From: Candidatus Zambryskibacteria bacterium RIFCSPLOWO2_02_FULL_51_21
GTDB taxonomy: Bacteria > Patescibacteriota > Minisyncoccia > Phycocordibacterales > Zambryskibacteraceae
Length of the DNA: 64,000 nt
NCBI GenBank assembly: GCA_001824255.1
Contig: MHWQ01000002.1
Span: 57,298-121,297, forward strand
Direction: 5' to 3'
A model generated the notes under the pieces. The model searched no databases, was not told the DNA's origin, and saw nothing but the letters and a program-made list of their open reading frames with translations. Both the position numbers and the translations under genes were made by a program. Below, piece by piece: positions 48,938 to 58,561 of the stretch; positions within the stretch are counted from its first letter, which is position 1, and the number at the start of each line of letters is the position of its first letter.

Positions 48938-49927
48938 ATGGAATGGCTGAAGAATATATTCGGGCAAAAGAACAAGAGAATCTACCTCGACTACGCGGCG
49001 GCGACGCCGGTTTTGCCGGAAGTTCGCAAGGAAATGGAGAAATATTTTTCCAAAGACTTTTATAATCCCAACGCCATTTACGAAGAAGGGGAGAAGGTCA
49101 GAAAAGAGGTGGAAGAATATAGAGCAAAAATAGCGAAGCTCATTGGTTCCGCCAGTAAAGATATTATCTTTACTGGCGGCGGCACTGAAGCAAACGTAAT
49201 GGCAATCCGCGGAGTAAAACCGGGGCGGATTGTGTTTGACGGAGAGGTGCATCCTTCTGTACAAGAGGCTGCCAAAAATATGGCTGGTCAGGAAGTTGTT
49301 CTCGTATCAAGTGTCACTACAGACAACAAGCTAGGGCGCGCAATTCGCGAGAAGAAGAGAAAAACCGGCAAAGAATATCCGCTTCTCCATATCGACGCTT
49401 CACAAACCGCGGCTTACTACAACGTAGGGCTTGAGGCGCTGGCCTGCGACCTGCTGACTCTCGATTCCGCCAAGCTCTATGGGCCGAAAGGCTGCGGCGC
49501 ACTAGTAGTGCGCCGCAGCGCCCAGATAAGTCTGCCGCCGCCCGGCACTCCTGCCGTGCCTCTCATCGCCGGATTCGCGAAAGCTCTGGAAATCGCGGTC
49601 CGGGATAGGGAAGCGGAGTATAAACGTCTTGATTCTTTGAGCGCATGGTTTGCCGGAGAGATTCTGCGCTCATTGCCCCGGGCGGAAGCGGTTCTGATTT
49701 CTCCGAATATAATCAATGTTTCCATTCCCGGCGTTCTGCCGGAACTCCCGGTGCTCGCGCTTGACCGCAAGGGAATCCTCGTTTCCGCCGGACCCGCCTG
49801 CAACTCTCAGAAACCGGAGCCATCCGAGACCCCGGTGCGCCTCTCTCTCGGCAGATTCACGAGCGAAAATGAGGTGAAAAAGGCGGCAAAAATATTTTGC
49901 GAAACGGTTCGAAATTTGCTAAAATAG
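48938..49927 (+). CDS. Cysteine desulfurase / class V aminotransferase (NifS/IscS-like, short)
   Basis: YLDYAAATP start. HIDASQTAA...LYGPKGCGALVVR around the active-site Cys region. Confidence 0.7.
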   Translation: MEWLKNIFGQKNKRIYLDYAAATPVLPEVRKEMEKYFSKDFYNPNAIYEEGEKVRKEVEEYRAKIAKLIGSASKDIIFTGGGTEANVMAIRGVKPGRIVFDGEVHPSVQEAAKNMAGQEVVLVSSVTTDNKLGRAIREKKRKTGKEYPLLHIDASQTAAYYNVGLEALACDLLTLDSAKLYGPKGCGALVVRRSAQISLPPPGTPAVPLIAGFAKALEIAVRDREAEYKRLDSLSAWFAGEILRSLPRAEAVLISPNIINVSIPGVLPELPVLALDRKGILVSAGPACNSQKPEPSETPVRLSLGRFTSENEVKKAAKIFCETVRNLLK

Positions 49928-49945
49928 CGTTCTGAAAGGCAAAAA

Positions 49946-52621
49946 ATGCAGCAATTCAACCAGTTTACAACCAAGGCGAAGGAAGTGATACGCAAGGCCC
50001 ATGAGCTTGCCATTGAGCGCGGCCAGAATCACGTCAACCCGATACATCTCCTGGCGGCGCTCTTGCTTCAGGAAGAGTCTATCGTCATCTCGATTCTCGA
50101 GAAAATGGACGTGGACACTATTCTTCTCACCGACACGGTGCTCGATGCCATAGAAACTCCGGAGACGGGACAGACTATCTCGCCTTCGTACCAGATTTAT
50201 CTCACGCCGGAACTTGCGCAGGCCATCGAGACTTCAAGTAAGGTGGCGAACTCCCTGGGAGACGAATTCGTTTCGACCGAGCACCTCTTCATCGCGGTGT
50301 TCGACGTGCCGGGCGAAGCGCACGACATGCTTCTCAAAATGAGGATAGACCGCCAGACGGTGCTTCGCGTGCTCGATGAACTCAAGAAAACGAAAAGCGA
50401 AGAACCCAAGGAAACCAAGAAATTCAAATCGCTTGTGAAGTACACCCGCTCGCTCACCACGCTCGCGAAGCAGAACAAGCTCGACCCGGTTATCGGACGC
50501 GACGAGGAAATATCCCGCATCATCCAGATTCTCTCCCGCCGCACCAAGAACAATCCGATTCTCATCGGCGAAGCCGGCGTAGGCAAGACAGCTATTGCCG
50601 AAGGCCTTGCCACGCGCATCGCCTCCGGCAACGTGCCGGAATCCTTGCGCGACAAGGAACTCGTTTCTCTCGACCTAGGTCTCCTTATCGCCGGTACTAA
50701 ATATCGCGGCGAGTTCGAAGAGCGTTTGAAAAATATCATCAAGGACATCGAGCGTTCCGAAGGCAAGGTCATACTTTTTATTGACGAGATTCATACTATC
50801 GTCGGCGCCGGCGCGGCCGAGGGCTCGATGGACGCCTCGAACATGCTGAAGCCACCGCTTGCCAGAGGCGATCTGCGCGCCATCGGCGCGACCACGCTTC
50901 GCGAATATCAGAAGCATATCGAGAAGGACCCGGCTCTTACCCGCCGCTTCCAGCCCGTTTACGTCCAGGAGCCCTCTATTGAGGATGCTATGACGATTTT
51001 GAGAGGCCTCAAAGAGCGCTACGAGCTCTACCACGGCGTGCGCATTACCGATGACGCTATTCAGGCCGCGGTTTCCTTAAGCGCCCGCTATATAACCGAT
51101 CGGTTCCTGCCGGACAAGGCGGTGGACCTTATCGACGAAGCCGCCTCGCATTTGAAAATCTCGCTTGAGAACATGCCGCCGGTGTTGCAGGATGCGCAGT
51201 CGAAAACGATGAAGCTTGAGATAGAGAAAGAGGCACTCAAGAAAGAAGAGAAGAAACCGAAGGTCAAAGCTCGTCTCAAGGATATCGACAAGGAAATTGC
51301 CGACCTTAAAGAGAAGACAAGCGAAATCGAGCTCAAATGGAAGAACGAGAAACAGACGGTGGGCGAGATTAAGGAGGTCAAGAAGAATCTCGAAGCGACG
51401 AGGGTCGAGGCTGATGCCGCCGAAGCGCGCGCCGACCTTTCCCTTGCCGCCGAACTTCGCTACGGCAAAATTCCTTCGCTTGAGAAAGAACTTGAGGTGA
51501 AGGCCAAGCGGCTCAAGAAGCTCCAGAGTTCGAGAAGGATTCTTAAAGAAGAAATCACGGCCGCGGATATCGCCTCGATAGTTTCGCGCTGGACGGGCAT
51601 ACCGGTCGCGAGGATGCTCGAAGAAGAAGCACAGAAGCTCTCGCGCATGGAGGAGTTCTTGAAGAAGCGCATTATCGGCCAGGATGAGCCGGTGAAGAAA
51701 ATCGCCGACACGGTGAAGAGAAGCCGCGCCGGCATCTCGGACCCCAACCGGCCTATCGGCTCCTTCATCTTCCTTGGTCCCACCGGTGTTGGTAAAACAG
51801 AACTCACCAAGGCGCTCGCCGAATTTATGTTCGACGATGAGAAAGCGCTTATCCGCGTGGATATGTCTGAACTCATGGAGAAGCACGCCGTCTCGAAGCT
51901 TATCGGCGCGCCTCCCGGCTATGTCGGCTTCGAAGAAGGTTCGAACTTCGCTGAGTCGGTGCGCCACAGGCCTTACTCCGTCATCCTCTTCGACGAGATA
52001 GAGAAGGCGCATCCGGAAGTCTTCAACATCCTGCTCCAGATTCTCGACAACGGCCGGCTTACCGACGCCAAAGGGAGAGTCATCAATTTCAAAAACACGG
52101 TCATCATCATGACCAGTAACATTGGCGCGCAATATATCGACAAGATGCAGTCGATTGGCTTCTCGCGGGGTGATGAAGCCAATTACAATGAAGTAAAGGA
52201 GAAGGTGCTCTCGACTTTGAAAGAGCATTTCCGCCCCGAATTCCTGAACCGCCTCGACGACATCATCGTCTTCGACGTTCTCTCAAGGGAAGCCGTGAGG
52301 GAAATCGTGAGAATTCAGATAGACATCATTGAGAAGCGCCTGGCGGAGAAAGAAATAAAACTTTCTGTCGCCGATACGGTGCTCGACCTCCTTGCCAAAG
52401 AAGGTTACAACCCGCAATACGGCGCACGGCCATTGAAGCGCTTGATACAGGAGAAAATCCTTAACCCAGTCGCCTCCATGATGATAGGGAACAAGGTGCT
52501 CTCGGGCGGCACAATCTCCGTCGATGTGGTGCACGGCGGACTCACTTTCGACGTCAAGAAGAACGCGCGCTCGGGGCGCGTCTCAAGTGTCTCTCCGCGC
52601 AAATCTACTTCGGTGAAATAA
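49946..52621 (+). CDS. clpB: ATP-dependent chaperone ClpB
   Basis: Clp-N repeat, two AAA+ modules ([10 protein letters not shown]; [10 protein letters not shown]) and a long middle coiled-coil. Confidence 0.9.
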   Translation: MQQFNQFTTKAKEVIRKAHELAIERGQNHVNPIHLLAALLLQEESIVISILEKMDVDTILLTDTVLDAIETPETGQTISPSYQIYLTPELAQAIETSSKVANSLGDEFVSTEHLFIAVFDVPGEAHDMLLKMRIDRQTVLRVLDELKKTKSEEPKETKKFKSLVKYTRSLTTLAKQNKLDPVIGRDEEISRIIQILSRRTKNNPILIGEAGVGKTAIAEGLATRIASGNVPESLRDKELVSLDLGLLIAGTKYRGEFEERLKNIIKDIERSEGKVILFIDEIHTIVGAGAAEGSMDASNMLKPPLARGDLRAIGATTLREYQKHIEKDPALTRRFQPVYVQEPSIEDAMTILRGLKERYELYHGVRITDDAIQAAVSLSARYITDRFLPDKAVDLIDEAASHLKISLENMPPVLQDAQSKTMKLEIEKEALKKEEKKPKVKARLKDIDKEIADLKEKTSEIELKWKNEKQTVGEIKEVKKNLEATRVEADAAEARADLSLAAELRYGKIPSLEKELEVKAKRLKKLQSSRRILKEEITAADIASIVSRWTGIPVARMLEEEAQKLSRMEEFLKKRIIGQDEPVKKIADTVKRSRAGISDPNRPIGSFIFLGPTGVGKTELTKALAEFMFDDEKALIRVDMSELMEKHAVSKLIGAPPGYVGFEEGSNFAESVRHRPYSVILFDEIEKAHPEVFNILLQILDNGRLTDAKGRVINFKNTVIIMTSNIGAQYIDKMQSIGFSRGDEANYNEVKEKVLSTLKEHFRPEFLNRLDDIIVFDVLSREAVREIVRIQIDIIEKRLAEKEIKLSVADTVLDLLAKEGYNPQYGARPLKRLIQEKILNPVASMMIGNKVLSGGTISVDVVHGGLTFDVKKNARSGRVSSVSPRKSTSVK

Positions 52622-52624
52622 TTG

Positions 52625-52643
52625 GTGCGCCGGGCAGGATTCG
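52625..52643 (-). repeat. Partial direct duplicate of the tRNA-Tyr 3-prime end (19 nt identical to 52764-52782), embedded in a GC-rich hairpin-rich element (52624-52712)
   Basis: GTGCGCCGGGCAGGATTCG occurs twice 139 nt apart. GCAGGATTCG at 52634-52643 pairs with CGAATCCTGC at 52700-52709. Internal hairpins GTCAG/CTGAC and GCCAC-CAA-GTGGC. Confidence 0.6.
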
Positions 52644-52733
52644 GTCAGGAGTTCCGGCCCGCTGACCGGCCTCACGACCCTGCCTCGCCACCAAGTGGCT
52701 CCGGCGTTCGAATCCTGCAAAACAAAACAAAAA

Positions 52734-52764
52734 CGCTCTGCACAAGGCAGAGGTTTTAGTTTTG
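52734..52764. terminator. Bidirectional rho-independent terminator (clpB / tRNA-Tyr)
   Basis: AAAACAAAACAAAAAC then GCTCTGC-ACAAG-GCAGAG then GTTTTAGTTTT. Confidence 0.7.
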
Positions 52765-52848
52765 TGCGCCGGGCAGGATTCGAACCTGCGTAGGCCTAAG
52801 GCCGCCAGATTTACAGTCTAGTGCGATTGACCACTCCGCCACCGACGC
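52765..52848 (-). tRNA. tRNA-Tyr(GTA)
   Basis: Acceptor GCGTCGG/CCGGCGC (G-U at 4-69), anticodon loop CTGTAAA, long variable arm, T-loop TTCGAAT. Confidence 0.75.
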
Positions 52849-52919
52849 AATAAAGCCATTTTAATTGAAAACAGTCTAACTTGCAAAAATCGGAATCTAA
52901 GGTAATCTAGTCTACCTAT

Positions 52920-53099
52920 ATGGCAGGCAGACAACAGCATCTCATAAAGCTCGTTTCCGTAGGGGACAAGACAGGCCTCGGCAAGGGCCACACTTATTAT
53001 TCGACCAAGAACAGAAAATCGGTCGAGAGGAAACTCGAATTCAGTAAGTACAATCCTATCGCTCGCAAGCACACGGTCTATAAGGAAAAGAAGGCATAG
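52920..53099 (+). CDS. rpmG: 50S ribosomal protein L33 (59 aa, zinc-less type), not in the ORF track
   Basis: MAGRQQHLIKLVSVGDKTGLGKGHTYYSTKNRKSVERKLEFSKYNPIARKHTVYKEKKA. Confidence 0.7.
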   Translation: MAGRQQHLIKLVSVGDKTGLGKGHTYYSTKNRKSVERKLEFSKYNPIARKHTVYKEKKA

Positions 53100-53140
53100 G
53101 TTACAGTCTCTTTGTCTGTGACTGGGTTTTTACAGTGCTA

Positions 53141-53170
53141 TTGACAAAATAGCACAAAGTATGCTATACT
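53141..53170 (+). promoter_or_regulatory. Sigma70-like promoter (TTGACA, 18-nt spacer, TATACT) for the 53213 gene
   Basis: Near-consensus -35 and -10 with an 18-nt spacer, and an AAGGAG RBS 9 nt before the ATG. Confidence 0.5.
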
Positions 53171-53212
53171 CTATATTAGAATGTTCCACCTTATCACAAG
53201 GAGTATTATCCG

Positions 53213-53647
53213 ATGGCCAAGAAACTGGAACTGGAGAGGATGAGGGCCAAGCTCACAGCCGTGCGGGAAGCGCGTCTCATGCGCTTGGGTTGGATTGTTG
53301 ACCTGGAACAACGGTTGCCGTCCTACCAGACGGACGTGGTCGCACTCGTGCACCACGTTCTCCAGCTCATCGAGGATCCCACCGGCGGGTGCGACTGCGT
53401 CCAGCATATGGACGTTCCCTTGGTGCCTGAACTGCACGCCGCTCATCGGGATCAGAACGCTCGGGTGCGGAGACTGCTCCAACAGCACGGGCTGATGCCT
53501 ATGCTCGAATACCGACTTACCTTCGGGTTAGCCGAACCGCCCGAATCACAGTTCGGCAGACTGTGGGTTCGGAAACTCGGATTCACGCCCGAATTCTGCA
53601 GGGCCGTACTCAACGGCTTCTGTGGTCCCAAACCGACCTGGTGCTGA
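53213..53647 (+). CDS. Hypothetical cytoplasmic protein (144 aa), GC-rich orphan between two tRNA genes
   Basis: Strong promoter and RBS. About 60% GC, flanked by AT-rich DNA. No recognisable motifs. Confidence 0.5.
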   Translation: MAKKLELERMRAKLTAVREARLMRLGWIVDLEQRLPSYQTDVVALVHHVLQLIEDPTGGCDCVQHMDVPLVPELHAAHRDQNARVRRLLQQHGLMPMLEYRLTFGLAEPPESQFGRLWVRKLGFTPEFCRAVLNGFCGPKPTWC

Positions 53648-53713
53648 ACCAACGCCGCGACCCCATAAGGTCGCGGCGAAACTATTTATATAAATTGTGG
53701 GATAAGTTGGTTG

Positions 53714-53784
53714 CGGGCGATCGAGGAATCGAACCTCGGACATCGGTTTTGGAGACCGAAGTTATGCCACTTAACTAATCGCCC
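53714..53784 (-). tRNA. tRNA-Trp(CCA)
   Basis: Acceptor GGGCGAT/ATCGCCC, anticodon stem TCGGT/ACCGA, loop CTCCAAA, T-loop TTCGATT. Confidence 0.75.
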
Positions 53785-54635
53785 TTCAAAGCCACTTTAG
53801 CATATTTTTCTACCTTCCTAAATTCATCCGACCTGAACCATTTAATGCTTTTATTCCTCTTGAACCAGGTCATCTGCCGCCTGGCGTATTGGCGGATGGC
53901 GGTGTAAAGCTTCTCAATAAACTCTTCCTTGCTCAATTTCTTTTGTAGATACAGCGAGGCGAATCTGTATTCGAGGCCCAATTCATAAGCTCGTTTAGGC
54001 GATAATTTCTTCGTTTCCCGCAAGATTCCCGGAATCCTCTTCAGTAATCTCTGATAAATTCTTTTGTCCAAATTCTTCGGTTTGAGCCCAATGTAAACAA
54101 ATTTAGCCTGCAGCTTAGAGCTTGTAGCTTGCGGCGGGACTTTACCCAAAGCGTTTACAATCTCCAAAGCTCGAACTAACCGCACCTTATTGTGTCTATC
54201 GATAGTCTCGGCTCTCTTCGCATCTTTTTTCTTAAGCATTGCGAAAAGTTTCTCTGCACTCAATTTCTCTAATCTCTTTCTCAGAGCCTTGTTCGGGGGC
54301 ACTTCGGGGAGTGTAAATTTGCCAGCCAGAGTATCAATATAAAATCCGGTGCCGCCGACGACAATGGGGTAATCTATTTTCGCCAGTTTTTTCTCCGCCA
54401 GCTTTTTGTAATCAGAGACGCTGAATTGTCTTCTCGGGTTCGCGACGTCGAGAAGGTGGTGGGGAACACTTCCCATCTCTTTCTTCATAATCTTTCCTGT
54501 GCCGATATTCAATCCCTTATAGACCTGCCGCGAGTCGGCAGAGATGATTTCTCCCCCGAATTTCTTGGCCAGCCGCACCGCCAAATCGCTTTTTCCGGAT
54601 GCGGTCGGGCCGACAATAACCAAAACTTTCTTCAT
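53775..54635 (-). CDS. miaA: tRNA dimethylallyltransferase
   Basis: GPTASGKS P-loop and ISADSRQVYKGLNIGT. Start set at MKKVLVIV; the longer ORF N-terminus overlaps tRNA-Leu. The 3-prime end overlaps tRNA-Trp by about 10 nt. Confidence 0.8.
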   Translation of the reverse strand: MKKVLVIVGPTASGKSDLAVRLAKKFGGEIISADSRQVYKGLNIGTGKIMKKEMGSVPHHLLDVANPRRQFSVSDYKKLAEKKLAKIDYPIVVGGTGFYIDTLAGKFTLPEVPPNKALRKRLEKLSAEKLFAMLKKKDAKRAETIDRHNKVRLVRALEIVNALGKVPPQATSSKLQAKFVYIGLKPKNLDKRIYQRLLKRIPGILRETKKLSPKRAYELGLEYRFASLYLQKKLSKEEFIEKLYTAIRQYARRQMTWFKRNKSIKWFRSDEFRKVEKYAKVALKGD

Positions 54636-54637
54636 TG

Positions 54638-54719
54638 TGCCGGGGGAGAGAATCGAACTCTCATGGATTACTCCGCACGATTTTGAGTCGTGTGCGTCTA
54701 CCAATTCCGCCACCCCGGC
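54638..54719 (-). tRNA. tRNA-Leu(CAA)
   Basis: Acceptor GCCGGGG/CCCCGGC, anticodon loop CTCAAAA, long variable arm, T-loop TTCGATT. Confidence 0.75.
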
Positions 54720-54959
54720 TTATCTGAAATGCTTTTTCACAAATTCTTTACCTTCTCCGGACTTAAACCACTTCTCCCTTTTCCTCGCACCTATTCTATC
54801 TGGAAAGTCTTCGGTATGTAATAGCTTGAAGGGCTTATATGGTTTTGTTGTCCGATTCCACCCAGCATTATGCTCTCCTAACCTGCGCAAGACATTATCA
54901 GAAATGCCTACATAAATGTAATTTCTATTTAAGCTTTTTAGTACATAAACAGAATACAT
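54720..54959 (-). CDS. GIY-YIG nuclease-domain small protein (about 79 aa)
   Basis: YSVYVLKS...YIYVGISDNVLRRLGEHN. Start set at MYSV. The stop abuts the tRNA-Leu(CAA) 5-prime end. Confidence 0.6.
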   Translation of the reverse strand: MYSVYVLKSLNRNYIYVGISDNVLRRLGEHNAGWNRTTKPYKPFKLLHTEDFPDRIGARKREKWFKSGEGKEFVKKHFR

Positions 54960-54971
54960 TTTTTCCGCCAC

Positions 54972-54991
54972 CCTGCCTGCCGGCAGGCAGG
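54972..54991. repeat. Perfect 20-bp palindrome CCTGCCTGCCGGCAGGCAGG (copy 2; 22 nt identical to copy 1)
   Basis: Exact self-complementary sequence upstream of the GIY-YIG gene start, identical to 10162-10181. Confidence 0.8.
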
Positions 54992-55042
54992 CCCGGCATT
55001 TCGGCATTAGAATAACATAAAAATATTCGGTATAATAATCAC

Positions 55043-55999
55043 ATGTCACGTTTCTATAACGACGCAGTTTTCTGGATTGAGGTCGATAAAATCAAGCCCA
55101 ATCCCTTCCAGCCCCGCCGCGATTTCGACGAAGCGCAATTGAAGTCTCTGGCCGACTCCATCCGCCAATACGGCGTGCTCCAGGCGCTTGTCGTGACGCG
55201 TAAAGAGGTCGAGAAGCCGGAGGGCGGTCTTGCCACCGAGTACGAGCTCGTGGCCGGCGAAAGGCGGTTGAGAGCTGCTCGCCTGGCGGGCTTGGTGCAG
55301 GTGCCGGCTCTTATTAGAACCGGGGAAGAGTCCGACCTCATGAAGCTCGAACTCGCCATTATCGAGAACATCCAGCGCGAGGACCTCTCGCCCGTGGACC
55401 GGGCGCGCGCTTTCAAAAGACTGGTGGAGGAATTCAAATTCACCCACCTTGACGTCGGCAAGAAGGTGGGCAAGAGCCGCGAATATGTTTCGAATACCAT
55501 GCGCATCCTCATGCTCCCGGAGCATATTCTCTCTGCGCTCTCGGAAGGGAAGATTACCGAGGGGCACACGAGGCCCTTAATGATGCTCATCGACCGCCCG
55601 CAGGAACAGGAAACATTGTTCAAGGAAATTATTTTTAAGAAACTTAACGTCCGCGAAGCCGAGGGCATTGCCAGAAACATCGCGGTGGAGAAAGCGAGGA
55701 AGCTTATCGACCACGAACTTATAGAAATCGAGGACCAGTTCAAAGAAAGGCTCGGCACGCGTGTGAGAATAGAGAAGAGAACCGTCGGATCCGGGGGATC
55801 CGACGGCGGCCGGGGAACTATAGACTTCTTCAACAAAGACGACTTGAGGCATCTCTTGGAGAGAATCGCGGAGGAAGAGGAGAAGGTGGAAGAAAAAATT
55901 GCCGAGAACGCGCCGCCCCTGACGGATGAGGAGAAAGTAATGGCCGGCGAAAGCGATGATGACGAATCGCTCTATTCCGTCTCCAATTTCAGCATTTGA
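55043..55999 (+). CDS. parB: Chromosome partitioning protein ParB/Spo0J (no adjacent parA)
   Basis: ParB box (LVAGERRLRAARLAGL), an HTH region and an acidic C-terminus. Confidence 0.8.
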   Translation: MSRFYNDAVFWIEVDKIKPNPFQPRRDFDEAQLKSLADSIRQYGVLQALVVTRKEVEKPEGGLATEYELVAGERRLRAARLAGLVQVPALIRTGEESDLMKLELAIIENIQREDLSPVDRARAFKRLVEEFKFTHLDVGKKVGKSREYVSNTMRILMLPEHILSALSEGKITEGHTRPLMMLIDRPQEQETLFKEIIFKKLNVREAEGIARNIAVEKARKLIDHELIEIEDQFKERLGTRVRIEKRTVGSGGSDGGRGTIDFFNKDDLRHLLERIAEEEEKVEEKIAENAPPLTDEEKVMAGESDDDESLYSVSNFSI

Positions 56000-56066
56000 C
56001 TTTTGATACCACTTGTGATATGCTTTAAATAGAGTTCAGATAGTTCAGAATCAGACAGGGGGTCCG

Positions 56067-56315
56067 ATGGAGACTACGGCAAACGCAGGGGTGCAAACCC
56101 CATCGTCGGCGCTGAGAGATGCCGGGCTCGTCCTCGAGCCAGGCGAGGGAGTGCCTCACTCCTACTGGGAAGAGCAGGAGGAGGACGTGCTGGTCTTCCA
56201 CGATGAAGAAGGCCGGCGCTGGACTCTGTTCCGCGAAGACCTTACAGAGGCCATCGCGGGGCGTCTCCAGGAGCTCGTATTCCGCTACGACTTCACGCAC
56301 ATCAACAACACGTGA
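56067..56315 (+). CDS. Hypothetical small acidic protein (82 aa)
   Basis: AGGGGG RBS. A terminator follows immediately. Confidence 0.45.
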   Translation: METTANAGVQTPSSALRDAGLVLEPGEGVPHSYWEEQEEDVLVFHDEEGRRWTLFREDLTEAIAGRLQELVFRYDFTHINNT

Positions 56316-56331
56316 AGTTCGCCGGGCGAAA

Positions 56332-56362
56332 GGGAGCGATAGCATCGCTCCCTTTTCTATTT
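56332..56362. terminator. Bidirectional rho-independent terminator
   Basis: GGGAGCGAT-AGC-ATCGCTCCC followed by TTTTCTATTT. Confidence 0.7.
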
Positions 56363-58513
56363 GATTTTATCTAACTTATGCGGATTATGATTTGGGCAAG
56401 ATTTGTCCGAGCAGCGCTCTGGAATTGTCTTGGTACCTTCCATCATCAATGCGCCGCAGATTTTGCAAATGTTTCCGGTCGGTTTCGCCTTGATGGCATA
56501 TTTACAATCCGGGTAATTCGAACATGAATAGAAAACACCGTATCGCCCGCGGCGCTCGGTCATAAATCCGGCTTTGCACACCGGGCACTCGATGCCGGTT
56601 GAGTTCTGCTTCTCCTGCTCCTCGTCTTTCTTCACATAGCGGCACTTGGGGAAGCGGGAGCAGGCGGTAAACATACCGAACTTTCCTTCTCGCGTCACCA
56701 GGTTGCCCTCGCCGCACTTGGGGCACTTCTCGCCGGTGTCTTTCGGCCCCTCCAACTCCTTGCCTTCCATGGTTCTCGCGCCGGTGCAGTCTGGGAACTT
56801 CTCGCAGGAGTAGAATTTGCCGCTCTTGCCGAGTTTTATAATCATTTCTCCGCCGCAGACGGGGCACTTCATGTCCGCGGGCGCAGCGCCTAAGTTCGTA
56901 ATCTTCTCGATTTTCTCCTTGGCCTTCACTTCCTTCGTAAACGGGACATAGAAGTCCTTCAGAGTTTTCAGATATGTGCGGTCGCCGTTGGCAATCTCGT
57001 CGAGCTCATCCTCCATCTCGGCGGTGAAGGAGTCGCTGATGTATGAAGCGAAGTGATTCTCGAGGAAAGTGCTCACCACTTCGCCCGTGTCGGTGGGGAA
57101 GAGCGCCTTGTTCAATTTATTCACATAGCCTCTGTCCTCAAGCGTTTTTATAATCGAAGCGTAAGTAGAAGGTCGGCCAATGCCTCGTTTCTCAAGCTCC
57201 TTGATGAGTCCCGCTTCCGAGTATCGCGGCGGCGGAGTGGTCTCCTTCTCTTCCGAACGCATGCCGGAGAGTTTGAGGTTCTCATCTTGAGCAAATTTCG
57301 GCAGAACCACATCTTCGGAGGCCGATGCGGGGTCTGCCTTGAGCCAGCCGGGGAAAAGAATTCTAGAGCCATTGAGCCAGAAGTCCGGGATACTTCTGCC
57401 ATCAATGTTTGCCACGACTTTTGTGCGCATGACTTCCGCCGGTTTCATCTGGCTTGCGACCGTGCGCGACCAGATGAGGCTATAGAGCTTGTGCTGGTCG
57501 TCGGTCGAACCGGCCCTTTCGACCGAGACGTGAGTGGGGCGGATGGCCTCATGCGCTTCCTGAGCGTTCTTCGATTTCTTGGCAAAGGCGTGAGACTCGA
57601 AGTATTCCGCGCCGTACTTTTTCTCCACCACGTCCTTAATCTGCGCCTTGGCCTGTTGCGAGAGATTGGTCGAATCGGTGCGCATGTAAGTAATGTAACC
57701 GGCTTCATAAAGCTTCTGGGCCACCGACATAGCGCGCGAAGGCGACCAGCCGAGCCGCGAGCTCGCATATTGTTGGAGAGTCGAGGTGATGAAGGGGGCG
57801 CGAGGCGCGCGGGCGACCTTCGTCTCCTTGATATCCGTCACTTGCCAGTCGCCCTTCTTGCCTTCGGCAAGAATTTTTTCCACGTCCTCAATCTTCCTTG
57901 GTTCTATAGAACATTCGAAGTCCAAATTATTTAAATTGGCCCAGATTTTCCAGAATTTCTCCGGTACGAAGGCGCGAATTTCTCGCTCTCGCTCCATGAT
58001 GATGCGCAGAGCGGGAGATTGCACGCGGCCAGCCGAGAGGCCATAACGGACCTTCTTCCAGATGAGGCCGGATAGGTCATAACCCACCAGGCGGTCTAAT
58101 ACTCTGCGGGCCTCTTGGGCCTCGCGCAGATGCTCGTCTATGGCCCTGGGATGCTCTAGGGCTTCTTCGACAGCTTCCTTGGTGATTTCGTGGAAAACAA
58201 TTCGTTTAGGATTATGGAGCTTCACCGCTTCGGCCACGTGCCAGGCGATAGCCTCGCCCTCGCGGTCGGGGTCGGTGGCAAGAATCACTTCGTCGGCTTT
58301 CTTGGCCAGGGATTTTATTTCGGAAATCACTTTCTCCTTGCCTTTGACCACTTCGTAGCGCGGCACGAAGCCCGCCTCGATGTCGATGGCGGCTTTATTA
58401 CTCTTCGGCAAATCGCGGATGTGTCCCACGCTCGCGACGACGCGGAAATCCTTGCCCAAGTATTTCTCTATTGTTTTCGCCTTACTCGGCGACTCTACGA
58501 TTAACAGGCGCAT
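56357..58513 (-). CDS. topA: DNA topoisomerase I with C-terminal C4 zinc ribbons
   Basis: MRLLIVESPSKAKTIEKYLG TOPRIM N-terminus and multiple CxxC...CxxC C-terminal motifs. An alternative TTG start lies at 58525. Confidence 0.85.
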   Translation of the reverse strand: MRLLIVESPSKAKTIEKYLGKDFRVVASVGHIRDLPKSNKAAIDIEAGFVPRYEVVKGKEKVISEIKSLAKKADEVILATDPDREGEAIAWHVAEAVKLHNPKRIVFHEITKEAVEEALEHPRAIDEHLREAQEARRVLDRLVGYDLSGLIWKKVRYGLSAGRVQSPALRIIMEREREIRAFVPEKFWKIWANLNNLDFECSIEPRKIEDVEKILAEGKKGDWQVTDIKETKVARAPRAPFITSTLQQYASSRLGWSPSRAMSVAQKLYEAGYITYMRTDSTNLSQQAKAQIKDVVEKKYGAEYFESHAFAKKSKNAQEAHEAIRPTHVSVERAGSTDDQHKLYSLIWSRTVASQMKPAEVMRTKVVANIDGRSIPDFWLNGSRILFPGWLKADPASASEDVVLPKFAQDENLKLSGMRSEEKETTPPPRYSEAGLIKELEKRGIGRPSTYASIIKTLEDRGYVNKLNKALFPTDTGEVVSTFLENHFASYISDSFTAEMEDELDEIANGDRTYLKTLKDFYVPFTKEVKAKEKIEKITNLGAAPADMKCPVCGGEMIIKLGKSGKFYSCEKFPDCTGARTMEGKELEGPKDTGEKCPKCGEGNLVTREGKFGMFTACSRFPKCRYVKKDEEQEKQNSTGIECPVCKAGFMTERRGRYGVFYSCSNYPDCKYAIKAKPTGNICKICGALMMEGTKTIPERCSDKSCPNHNPHKLDKIK

Positions 58514-58561
58514 TGAATATAACAAATAGCACGCATGAATTTTTAAAGCAAATTTGAAGTA

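Noticed and set aside
54636-54713. miaA N-terminal extension (MAELVDAHDSKSCGV...)
   Set aside because: It runs through tRNA-Leu(CAA). The true start is MKKVLVIVGPTASGKS.
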